Position numbers and translations under genes: made by a program. DNA of 49,941 bases from a virus. Its lineage: Duplodnaviria; Heunggongvirae; Uroviricota; Caudoviricetes. Below are positions 32,337 to 40,617 of the stretch, one piece after another. Position 1 is the first letter of the stretch. Every line of letters begins with the position of its first letter. The notes under the pieces are model-generated. The model made no database searches. It had not been told where the DNA came from and worked only from the letters and a program-made list of their open reading frames with translations. Location of the stretch: IMG/VR virus record IMGVR_UViG_2529293060_000008; one strand, written 5' to 3'.

Positions 32337-32690
32337 GTGGCTGATTCCGATAACCTGTTCGATGCTGCCATTGCCCGCGCCGATGAAACGATACGCGGGT
32401 ACATGGGAACGTCAGCCACCATGACATCCGGTGAGCTGTCCGGTGCTGTGATACGTGGTGTTTTTGATGACCCTGAAAATATCAGCTATGCCGGACAGGG
32501 GGTGCGCGTTGAAGGCTCCAGCCCGTCCCTGTTTGTCCGGACTGATGATGTGCGGCAGCTGCGGCGTGGAGACACACTGACCATCGGCGAGGAAAACTTC
32601 TGGGTGGACCGGATTTCGCCGGATGATGGCGGAAGCTGTCATCTCTGGCTTGGGCGTGGCGTGCCGCCTGCCGTTAACCGTCGCCGCTGA
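32337..32690 (+). CDS. FII: Head completion protein FII
   Basis: 117 aa matching lambda FII (MADSDNLFDAAIARADETIRGYMGTSATMTSGELSGAVIRGVFDDPENISYAGQGVRVEG...). Confidence 0.95.
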   Translation: MADSDNLFDAAIARADETIRGYMGTSATMTSGELSGAVIRGVFDDPENISYAGQGVRVEGSSPSLFVRTDDVRQLRRGDTLTIGEENFWVDRISPDDGGSCHLWLGRGVPPAVNRRR

Positions 32691-32701
32691 AAGGGGGATG
32701 T

Positions 32702-33280
32702 ATGGCCATAAAAGGTCTTGAGCAGGCCGTTGAAAACCTCAGCCGTATCAGCAAAACGGCGGTGCCTGGTGCCGCCGCAATGGCCATTAACCGCGTTGCG
32801 TCATCCGCGATATCGCAGTCTGCGTCACAGGTTGCCCGTGAGACAAAGGTACGCCGGAAACTGGTAAAGGAAAGGGCCAGGCTGAAAAGGGCCACGGTCA
32901 AAAATCCGCAGGCCAGAATCAGGGTTAACCGGGGGGATTTGCCCGTAATCAAGCTGGGTAACGCGCGGGTTGTCCTTTCCCGCCGCAGACGTCGTAAAAA
33001 GGGGCAGCGTTCATCCCTGAAAGGTGGCGGCAGCGTGCTTGTGGTGGGAAACCGTCGTATTCCCGGCGCGTTTATTCAGCAACTGAAAAATGGCCGGTGG
33101 CATGTCATGCAGCGTGTGGCCGGGAAAAACCGTTACCCCATTGATGTGGTGAAAATCCCGATGGCGGTGCCGCTTACCACGGCGTTTAAACAGAATATTG
33201 AACGGATACGGCGTGAACGTCTTCCGAAAGAGCTGGGCTATGCGCTGCAGCATCAACTGAGAATGGTAATAAAGCGATGA
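32702..33280 (+). CDS. Z: Tail completion protein Z
   Basis: 192 aa matching lambda gpZ (MAIKGLEQAVENLSRISKTAVPGAAAMAINRVASSAISQSASQVARETKVRRKLV...). Confidence 0.95.
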   Translation: MAIKGLEQAVENLSRISKTAVPGAAAMAINRVASSAISQSASQVARETKVRRKLVKERARLKRATVKNPQARIRVNRGDLPVIKLGNARVVLSRRRRRKKGQRSSLKGGGSVLVVGNRRIPGAFIQQLKNGRWHVMQRVAGKNRYPIDVVKIPMAVPLTTAFKQNIERIRRERLPKELGYALQHQLRMVIKR

Positions 33281-33672
33281 AACATACTGAACTCCGTGCA
33301 GCCGTACTGGATGCACTGGAGAAGCATGACACCGGGGCGACGCTTTTTGATGGTCGCCCCGCTGTTTTTGATGAGGCGGATTTTCCGGCAATTGCCGTTT
33401 ATCTCACCGGCGCTGAATACACGGGCGAAGAGCTGGACAGTGATACCTGGCAGGCGGAGCTGCATATTGAAGTTTTCCTGCCTGCTCAGGTGCCGGATTC
33501 AGAGCTGGATTCGTGGATGGAGTCCCGGATTTATCCGGTGATGAGCGATGTCCCGGCACTGTCAGATTTGATCACCAGTATGGTGGCCAGTGGCTATGAC
33601 TACCGGCGCGACGATGATGCGGGCCTGTGGAGTTCAGCCGATCTGACTTATGTCATTACCTATGAAATGTGA
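33277..33672 (+). CDS. U: Tail terminator U
   Basis: 131 aa matching lambda gpU ([54 protein letters not shown]...). Confidence 0.95.
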   Translation: MKHTELRAAVLDALEKHDTGATLFDGRPAVFDEADFPAIAVYLTGAEYTGEELDSDTWQAELHIEVFLPAQVPDSELDSWMESRIYPVMSDVPALSDLITSMVASGYDYRRDDDAGLWSSADLTYVITYEM

Positions 33673-33679
33673 GGACGAT

Positions 33680-34420
33680 ATGCCTGTACCAAATCCAGTA
33701 ATGCCGGTGAAAGGGGCCGGGACCACACTGTGGGTTTATAAGGGGAACGGTGACCCTTATGCGAACCCGCTTTCAGACGTTGACTGGTCGCGTCTGGCTA
33801 AAGTTAAAGACCTGACGCCCGGCGAACTGACCGCTGAGTCCTATGACGACAGCTATCTCGATGATGAAGATGCGGACTGGACTGCGACCGGGCAGGGGCA
33901 GAAATCTGCCGGAGATACCAGCTTCACGCTGGCGTGGATGCCCGGAGAGCAGGGGCAGCAGGCGCTGCTGGCGTGGTTTAATGAAGGGGATACCCGTGCC
34001 TATAAAATCCGCTTCCCGAACGGCACGGTCGATGTGTTCCGCGGCTGGGTCAGCAGTATCGGTAAGGCGGTGACGGCGAAGGAAGTGATCACCCGCACGG
34101 TGAAAGTCACCAACGTGAGACGTCCGTCGATGGCAGAAGATCGCAGCACGGTAACAGCGGCAACCGGCATGACCGTGACGCCTGCCAGCACTTCGGTGGT
34201 GAAAGGGCAGAGCACCACGCTGACCGTGGCATTCCAGCCGGAAGGCGCAACCGACAAGAGCTTCCGTGCGGTGTCTGCGGATAAAACAAAAGCCACCGTG
34301 TCGGTCAGTGGTATGACCATCACCGTGAAAGGTGTTGCTGCAGGCAAGGTCAACATTCCGGTTGTATCCGGTAATGGTGAACTTGCTGTGGTTGCAGAAA
34401 TCACCGTCACCGACAGTTAA
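33680..34420 (+). CDS. V: Major tail protein V
   Basis: [67 protein letters not shown]... matches lambda gpV. Confidence 0.95.
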   Translation: MPVPNPVMPVKGAGTTLWVYKGNGDPYANPLSDVDWSRLAKVKDLTPGELTAESYDDSYLDDEDADWTATGQGQKSAGDTSFTLAWMPGEQGQQALLAWFNEGDTRAYKIRFPNGTVDVFRGWVSSIGKAVTAKEVITRTVKVTNVRRPSMAEDRSTVTAATGMTVTPASTSVVKGQSTTLTVAFQPEGATDKSFRAVSADKTKATVSVSGMTITVKGVAAGKVNIPVVSGNGELAVVAEITVTDS

Positions 34421-34435
34421 TCCGGAGAGTCAGCG

Positions 34436-34858
34436 ATGTTCCTGAAAACCGAATCATTTGAATATAACGGTGTGAGCGTCACGCTTTCTGAACTGTCAGC
34501 CCTGCAGCGAATTGAGCATCTCGCCCTGCTGAAACGACAGGCAGAACAGGCGGGATCCAGTCTCAATCGACAGGTGAGCGTGGAAGATCTCGTCAGAACC
34601 GGTGCTTTTCTGGTGGCGATGTCCCTGTGGCATAGCCATCCGCAGAAGACAAAGATGCCGTCCATGAATGAAGCCGTTAAACAAATTGAGCAGGAAGTGC
34701 TTACCACCTGGCCCACAGAGGCAATTGCTCAGGCTGAAAATGTGGTAATGCGTCTGTCCGGTATGTCTGAGTTTGTTGTGAATGATGCACCTGAACAGGC
34801 AGATGACGCCGGGCCAGCAGAGCCTGTTTCTGCGGGAAAGTGTTCGACGGTGAGCTGA
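34436..34858 (+). CDS. G: Tail assembly chaperone G
   Basis: 140 aa matching lambda gpG (MFLKTESFEYNGVSVTLSELSALQRIEHLALLKRQAEQAGSSLNRQVSVEDLVRTGAFLVAMSLW...). Confidence 0.95.
   Translation: MFLKTESFEYNGVSVTLSELSALQRIEHLALLKRQAEQAGSSLNRQVSVEDLVRTGAFLVAMSLWHSHPQKTKMPSMNEAVKQIEQEVLTTWPTEAIAQAENVVMRLSGMSEFVVNDAPEQADDAGPAEPVSAGKCSTVS
34834..34840 (+). other. Programmed -1 ribosomal frameshift slippery heptamer GGGAAAG (G to G-T fusion)
   Basis: GGGAAAG sits in the G frame as G-GGA-AAG, 6 codons before the G stop; the -1 frame continues as VFDGELSFALKLAREMGRPDW... (T). Confidence 0.85.
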
Positions 34859-35274
34859 GTTTTGCCCTGAAACTGGCGCGTGAGATGGGGCGACCCGACT
34901 GGCGTGCCATGCTTGCCGGGATGTCATCCACGGAGTATGCCGACTGGCACCGCTTTTACAGTACCCATTATTTTCATGATGTTCTGCTGGATATGCACTT
35001 TTCCGGGCTGACGTACACCGTGCTCAGCCTGTTTTTCAGCGATCCGGATATGCATCCGCTGGATTTCAGTCTGCTGAACCGGCGCGAGGCTGACGAAGAG
35101 CCTGAAGATGATGTGCTGATGCAGAAAGCGGCAGGGCTTGCAGGAGGTGTCCGCTTTGGCCCGGACGGGAATGAAGTTATCCCCGCTTCCCCGGATGTGG
35201 CGGACATGACGGAGGATGACGTAATGCTGATGACAGTATCAGAAGGGATCGCAGGAGGAGTCCGGTATGGCTGA
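34840..35274 (+). CDS. T: T portion of the G-T frameshift product (tail assembly chaperone)
   Basis: -1 frame ORF VFDGELSFALKLAREMGRPDWRAMLAGMSSTEYADWHRFY... matches lambda gpT; no independent start expected. Confidence 0.85.
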   Translation: MFDGELSFALKLAREMGRPDWRAMLAGMSSTEYADWHRFYSTHYFHDVLLDMHFSGLTYTVLSLFFSDPDMHPLDFSLLNRREADEEPEDDVLMQKAAGLAGGVRFGPDGNEVIPASPDVADMTEDDVMLMTVSEGIAGGVRYG

Positions 35275-37828
35275 ACCGGTAGGCGATCTGGTCGTTGATT
35301 TAAGTCTGGATGCGGCCAGATTTGACGAGCAGATGGCCAGAGTCAGGCGTCATTTTTCCGGTACGGAAAGTGATGCGAAAAAAACAGCGGCAGTCGTTGA
35401 ACAGTCGCTGAGCCGACAGGCGCTGGCTGCACAGAAAGCGGGGATTTCCGTCGGGCAGTATAAAGCCGCCATGCGTATGCTGCCTGCACAGTTCACCGAC
35501 GTGGCCACGCAGCTTGCAGGCGGGCAAAGTCCGTGGCTGATCCTGCTGCAACAGGGTGGTCAGGTTAAGGACTCCTTCGGCGGGATGATCCCCATGTTCA
35601 GGGGGCTTGCCGGTGCGATCACCCTGCCGATGGTCGGGGCCACCTCGCTGGCGGTGGCGACCGGTGCGCTGGCGTATGCCTGGTATCAGGGCAACTCAAC
35701 CCTGTCCGATTTCAACAAAACGCTGGTCCTTTCCGGCAATCAGTCGGGTCTGACGGCAGATCGCATGCTGGTCCTGTCCAGAGCCGGGCAGGCGGCAGGG
35801 CTGACGTTTAACCAGACCAGCGAGTCACTCAGCGCACTGGTTAAGGCGGGAGTAAGCGGTGAGGCTCAGATTGCATCCATCAGCCAGAGTGTGGCGCGTT
35901 TCTCCTCTGCATCCGGCGTGGAGGTGGACAAGGTCGCTGAAGCCTTCGGGAAGCTGACCACAGACCCGACGTCAGGGCTGACAGCGATGGCACGCCAGTT
36001 CCATAACGTGACGGCGGAGCAGATTGCGTATGTTGCTCAGTTGCAGCGTTCCGGCGATGAAGCCGGGGCATTGCAGGCGGCGAACGAGGCCGCAACGAAA
36101 GGGTTTGATGACCAGACCCGCCGCCTGAAAGAGAACATGGGCACGCTGGAGACCTGGGCAGACAGGACAGCGCGGGCATTCAAATCCATGTGGGATGCGG
36201 TGCTGGATATTGGTCGTCCTGATACCGCGCAGGAGATGCTGATTAAGGCAGAGGCTGCGTTTAAGAAAGCAGACGACATCTGGAATCTGCGCAAGGATGA
36301 TTATTTTGTTAACGATGAAGCGCGGGCGCGTTACTGGGATGATCGTGAAAAGGCCCGTCTTGCGCTTGAAGCCGCCCGAAAGAAGGCTGAGCAGCAGACT
36401 CAACAGGACAAAAATGCGCAGCAGCAGAGCGATACCGAAGCGTCACGGCTGAAATATACCGAAGAGGCGCAGAAGGCTTACGAACGGCTGCAGACGCCGC
36501 TGGAGAAATATACCGCCCGTCAGGAAGAACTGAACAAGGCACTGAAAGACGGGAAAATCCTGCAGGCAGATTACAACACGCTGATGGCGGCGGCGAAAAA
36601 GGATTATGAAGCGACGCTGAAAAAGCCGAAACAGTCCGGCGTGAAGGTGTCTGCGGGCGATCGTCAGGAAGACAGTGCTCATGCTGCCCTGCTGACGCTT
36701 CAGGCTGAACTCCGGACGCTGGAGAAGCATGCCGGAGCAAATGAGAAAATCAGCCAGCAGCGCCGGGATTTGTGGAAGGCGGAGAGTCAGTTCGCGGTAC
36801 TGGAGGAGGCGGCACAACGTCGCCAGCTGTCCGCACAGGAGAAATCCCTGCTGGCGCATAAAGATGAGACGCTGGAGTACAAACGCCAGCTGGCTGCACT
36901 TGGCGATAAGGTCACGTATCAGGAGCGCCTGAACGCGCTGGCGCAGCAGGCGGATAAATTCGCACAGCAGCAACGGGCAAAACGGGCCGCCATTGATGCG
37001 AAAAGCCGGGGGCTGACTGACCGGCAGGCAGAACGGGAAGCCACAGAACAGCGCCTGAAGGAACAGTATGGCGATAATCCGCTGGCGCTGAATAACGTCA
37101 TGTCAGAGCAGAAAAAGACCTGGGCGGCTGAAGACCAGCTTCGCGGAAACTGGATGGCAGGCCTGAAGTCCGGCTGGAGTGAGTGGGAAGAGAGCGCCAC
37201 GGACAGTATGTCGCAGGTAAAAAGTGCAGCCACGCAGACCTTTGATGGTATTGCACAGAATATGGCGGCGATGCTGACCGGCAGTGAGCAGAACTGGCGC
37301 AGCTTCACCCGTTCCGTGCTGTCCATGATGACAGAAATTCTGCTTAAGCAGGCAATGGTGGGGATTGTCGGGAGTATCGGCAGCGCCATTGGCGGGGCTG
37401 TTGGTGGCGGCGCATCCGCGTCAGGCGGTACAGCCATTCAGGCCGCTGCGGCGAAATTCCATTTTGCAACCGGAGGGTTTACGGGAACCGGCGGCAAATA
37501 TGAGCCAGCAGGGATTGTTCACCGTGGTGAGTTTGTCTTCACGAAGGAGGCAACCAGCCGGATTGGCGTGGGGAATCTTTACCGGCTGATGCGCGGCTAT
37601 GCCACCGGCGGTTATGTCGGTACACCGGGCAGCATGGCAGACAGCCGGTCGCAGGCGTCCGGGACGTTTGAGCAGAATAACCATGTGGTGATTAACAACG
37701 ACGGCACGAACGGGCAGATAGGTCCGGCTGCTCTGAAGGCGGTGTATGACATGGCCCGCAAGGGTGCCCGTGATGAAATTCAGACACAGATGCGTGATGG
37801 TGGCCTGTTCTCCGGAGGTGGACGATGA
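35267..37828 (+). CDS. H: Tail tape-measure protein H
   Basis: 853 aa, lambda gpH-like (MAEPVGDLVVDLSLDAARFDEQMARVRRHFSGTESDAKKTAAVVEQSLSRQALAAQKAGISVGQYKAAM...). Confidence 0.95.
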   Translation: MAEPVGDLVVDLSLDAARFDEQMARVRRHFSGTESDAKKTAAVVEQSLSRQALAAQKAGISVGQYKAAMRMLPAQFTDVATQLAGGQSPWLILLQQGGQVKDSFGGMIPMFRGLAGAITLPMVGATSLAVATGALAYAWYQGNSTLSDFNKTLVLSGNQSGLTADRMLVLSRAGQAAGLTFNQTSESLSALVKAGVSGEAQIASISQSVARFSSASGVEVDKVAEAFGKLTTDPTSGLTAMARQFHNVTAEQIAYVAQLQRSGDEAGALQAANEAATKGFDDQTRRLKENMGTLETWADRTARAFKSMWDAVLDIGRPDTAQEMLIKAEAAFKKADDIWNLRKDDYFVNDEARARYWDDREKARLALEAARKKAEQQTQQDKNAQQQSDTEASRLKYTEEAQKAYERLQTPLEKYTARQEELNKALKDGKILQADYNTLMAAAKKDYEATLKKPKQSGVKVSAGDRQEDSAHAALLTLQAELRTLEKHAGANEKISQQRRDLWKAESQFAVLEEAAQRRQLSAQEKSLLAHKDETLEYKRQLAALGDKVTYQERLNALAQQADKFAQQQRAKRAAIDAKSRGLTDRQAEREATEQRLKEQYGDNPLALNNVMSEQKKTWAAEDQLRGNWMAGLKSGWSEWEESATDSMSQVKSAATQTFDGIAQNMAAMLTGSEQNWRSFTRSVLSMMTEILLKQAMVGIVGSIGSAIGGAVGGGASASGGTAIQAAAAKFHFATGGFTGTGGKYEPAGIVHRGEFVFTKEATSRIGVGNLYRLMRGYATGGYVGTPGSMADSRSQASGTFEQNNHVVINNDGTNGQIGPAALKAVYDMARKGARDEIQTQMRDGGLFSGGGR

Positions 37829-38154
37829 AGACCTTCCGCTGGAAAGTGAAACCCGGTATGGATGTGGCTTCGGTCCCTTCTGTAAGAAAGGTGCGCTTTG
37901 GTGATGGCTATTCCCAGCGAGCGCCTGCCGGGCTGAATGCCAACCTGAAAACGTACAGCGTGACGCTTTCTGTCCCCCGTGAGGAGGCCACGGTACTGGA
38001 GTCGTTTCTGGAAGAGCACGGGGGCTGGAAATCCTTTCTGTGGACGCCGCCTTATGAGTGGCGGCAGATAAAGGTGACCTGCGCAAAATGGTCGTCGCGG
38101 GTCAGTATGCTGCGTGTTGAGTTCAGCGCAGAGTTTGAACAGGTGGTGAACTGA
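37825..38154 (+). CDS. M: Tail tip protein M
   Basis: 109 aa matching lambda gpM (MKTFRWKVKPGMDVASVPSVRKVRFGDGYSQRAPAGLNANLKTYSVTLSVPREEATVLESFLEEHGGWKSFLW...). Confidence 0.95.
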   Translation: MKTFRWKVKPGMDVASVPSVRKVRFGDGYSQRAPAGLNANLKTYSVTLSVPREEATVLESFLEEHGGWKSFLWTPPYEWRQIKVTCAKWSSRVSMLRVEFSAEFEQVVN

Positions 38155-38852
38155 TGCAGGATATCCGGCAGGAAACACTGAATGAATGCACCCGTGCGGA
38201 GCAGTCGGCCAGCGTGGTGCTCTGGGAAATCGACCTGACCGAGGTCGGTGGAGAACGTTATTTTTTCTGTAATGAGCAGAACGAAAAAGGTGAGCCGGTC
38301 ACCTGGCAGGGGCGACAGTATCAGCCGTATCCCATTCAGGGGAGCGGTTTTGAACTGAATGGCAAAGGCACCAGTACGCGCCCCACGCTGACGGTTTCTA
38401 ACCTGTACGGTATGGTCACCGTGATGGCGGAAGATCTGCAGAGTCTGGTCGGCGGAACGGTGGTCCGGCGTAAGGTTTACGCCCGCTTTCTGGATGCGGT
38501 GAACTTCGTCAACGGAAACAGTGACGCCGATCCGGAGCAGGAGGTGATCAGCCGCTGGCGCATCGAGCAGTGCAGCGAACTGAGCGCGGTGAGTGCCTCC
38601 TTTGTACTGTCCACGCCGACGGAAACGGATGGCGCTGTTTTTCCGGGACGTATCATGCTGGCCAACACCTGCACCTGGACCTATCGCGGTGACGAGTGCG
38701 GTTATAGCGGTCCGGCTGTCGCGGATGAATATGACCAGCCGACGTCCGATATCACGAAGGATAAATGCAGCAAATGCCTGAGCGGCTGTAAGTTTCGCAA
38801 TAACGTCGGCAACTTTGGCGGCTTCCTTTCCATTAACAAACTTTCGCAGTAA
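38154..38852 (+). CDS. L: Tail tip protein L
   Basis: 232 aa matching lambda gpL (MQDIRQETLNECTRAEQSASVVLWEIDLTEVGGERYFFCNEQNEKGEPVTWQGRQYQPYP...). Confidence 0.95.
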   Translation: MQDIRQETLNECTRAEQSASVVLWEIDLTEVGGERYFFCNEQNEKGEPVTWQGRQYQPYPIQGSGFELNGKGTSTRPTLTVSNLYGMVTVMAEDLQSLVGGTVVRRKVYARFLDAVNFVNGNSDADPEQEVISRWRIEQCSELSAVSASFVLSTPTETDGAVFPGRIMLANTCTWTYRGDECGYSGPAVADEYDQPTSDITKDKCSKCLSGCKFRNNVGNFGGFLSINKLSQ

Positions 38853-38856
38853 TCCC

Positions 38857-39600
38857 ATGACAGAGACAGAATCAGCGATTCTGGCGCACGCCCGGCGATG
38901 TGCGCCAGCGGAGTCGTGCGGCTTCGTGGTAAGCACGCCGGAGGGGGAAAGATATTTCCCCTGCGTGAATATCTCCGGTGAGCCGGAGGCGTATTTCCGG
39001 ATGGCTCCGGAGGACTGGCTGCAGGCAGAGATGCAGGGTGAGATTGTGGCGCTGGTCCACAGCCACCCCGGTGGTCTGCCCTGGCTGAGTGAGGCTGACC
39101 GGCGGCTGCAGGTGCAGAGCGATTTGCCGTGGTGGCTGGTCTGCCGGGGGGCGATTCACAAGTTCCGCTGTGTGCCGCATCTCACCGGGCGGCGCTTTGA
39201 GTACGGGGTGACGGACTGTTACACACTGTTCCGGGATGCTTACCATCTGGCGGGGATTGAGATGCCGGATTTTCATCGCGGGGATGACTGGTGGCGTCAC
39301 GGTCAGAATCTCTATCTTGACAATATGGAGGCTACTGGTTTTTACCGTGTCGCACTGACAGAGGCGCAGCCGGGCGATGTGCTGCTGTGCTGTTTTGGTT
39401 CATCGGTGCCGAATCACGCCGCCATTTACTGCGGCGACGGTGAGCTGCTGCACCATATTCCTGAACAACTGAGTAAACGAGAGAGGTATACCGACAAATG
39501 GCAGCGACGCACACACTCCCTCTGGCGTCACCGGGAATGGCACGCATCTGCCTTTACGGGGATTTGCAACGATTTGGCCGCCGCATCGACCTTCGTGTGA
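38857..39600 (+). CDS. K: Tail tip assembly protein K
   Basis: MTETESAILAHARRCAPAESCGFVVSTPEGERYFPCVNISGEPEAYFRM...HSHPGG (JAB/MPN-like and NlpC-like segments) matching lambda gpK; ATG 5 nt after the L stop. Confidence 0.9.
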   Translation: MTETESAILAHARRCAPAESCGFVVSTPEGERYFPCVNISGEPEAYFRMAPEDWLQAEMQGEIVALVHSHPGGLPWLSEADRRLQVQSDLPWWLVCRGAIHKFRCVPHLTGRRFEYGVTDCYTLFRDAYHLAGIEMPDFHRGDDWWRHGQNLYLDNMEATGFYRVALTEAQPGDVLLCCFGSSVPNHAAIYCGDGELLHHIPEQLSKRERYTDKWQRRTHSLWRHREWHASAFTGICNDLAAASTFV

Positions 39601-40139
39601 AAACGGGGGCTGAAGCCATCCGGGCACTGGCCACACAGCTCCCGGCGTTTCGTCAGAAACTGAGCGATGGCTGGTATCAGGTACGGATTGCCGGGCGGGA
39701 TGCAGGAGAAACCGAATTATCATCCCGTCTTAATGAGCCGCTGGCAAATGGTGCCGTGATCCACATCGTGCCGCGTCTTGCGGGAGCAAAAAGTGGCGGT
39801 GTGTTTCAGGCGGTGCTGGGTGCGGCGTTGATTGCTACGGCAATCTGGATGCCGGGGATCAGTATCGCTTTCAGTGACATTCTCTTTTCAATGGGTGCGG
39901 CGATGACGCTTGGTGGTGTGGCGCAGATGCTGGCACCGAAAGCCAGAACTCCCCGTACACAGACAACGGATAACGGCAAACAGAACACCTATTTCTCCTC
40001 ACTGGATAACATGGTTGCCCAGGGCAATGTCCTGCCTGTTCTGTACGGTGAAATGCGCGTGGGGTCACGTGTGGCATCTCAGGAGATCAGCACGGCAGAT
40101 GAAGGGGATGGTGGTCAGGTTGTGGTAATTGGGCGGTAA
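39498..40139 (+). CDS. I: Tail tip assembly protein I
   Basis: MAATHTLPLASPGMARICLYGDLQRFGRRIDLRVKTGAEAIRALATQLPAF... matches lambda gpI; overlaps the K 3' end as in lambda. Confidence 0.9.
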   Translation: MAATHTLPLASPGMARICLYGDLQRFGRRIDLRVKTGAEAIRALATQLPAFRQKLSDGWYQVRIAGRDAGETELSSRLNEPLANGAVIHIVPRLAGAKSGGVFQAVLGAALIATAIWMPGISIAFSDILFSMGAAMTLGGVAQMLAPKARTPRTQTTDNGKQNTYFSSLDNMVAQGNVLPVLYGEMRVGSRVASQEISTADEGDGGQVVVIGR

Positions 40140-40212
40140 TATTATTTTACTCATGTTCTAACTAATTTAATATTTATATCGAACACTGATAATTATTCTA
40201 TTGGTTAGCTAT

Positions 40213-40551
40213 ATGAACAAAACGATTTTATTCTGCACGATTATTGCCTTAACAGGATGTAAATCTTTGGATTACGTAAAATCCGGAAAACCTGTAATGG
40301 AAGGTAATTCATTAAAAAATATTGATGAATTGTCAGGCTGCATATCCAGACAATGGGCTGGTAATGGAACACCTATAACATCCCTTCCTATTGAGAATGG
40401 GGTAAGCCTTTTAGTTCCACAGGCTATGGGGGGATATGATGTTGTGCTTGATATCAAAAAAGCAGGAAATGGCAGTAGTTTTACTCTTTATGAACGTGTA
40501 CCAGCATTAACGCCAAAAATTTTTGCTGATAGTGTTAATGCATGTAAATAA
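40213..40551 (+). CDS. Small lipoprotein encoded between I and J
   Basis: 112 aa from MNKTILFCTIIALTGCKSLDY... (signal peptide plus lipobox LTGC); AT-rich; own downstream terminator; lambda has no gene between I and J as far as I recall. Confidence 0.55.
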   Translation: MNKTILFCTIIALTGCKSLDYVKSGKPVMEGNSLKNIDELSGCISRQWAGNGTPITSLPIENGVSLLVPQAMGGYDVVLDIKKAGNGSSFTLYERVPALTPKIFADSVNACK

Positions 40552-40574
40552 TAGTTAATCCTGTCGTAACTCAT

Positions 40575-40600
40575 GAGCCGCCTTTTGGGCGGCTTTGTTG
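40575..40600 (+). terminator. Rho-independent terminator after the lipoprotein gene
   Basis: AGCCGCC-tttt-GGGCGGCT followed by TTGTTGTTT. Confidence 0.5.
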
Positions 40601-40617
40601 TTTATGGAGTGTGAGGA

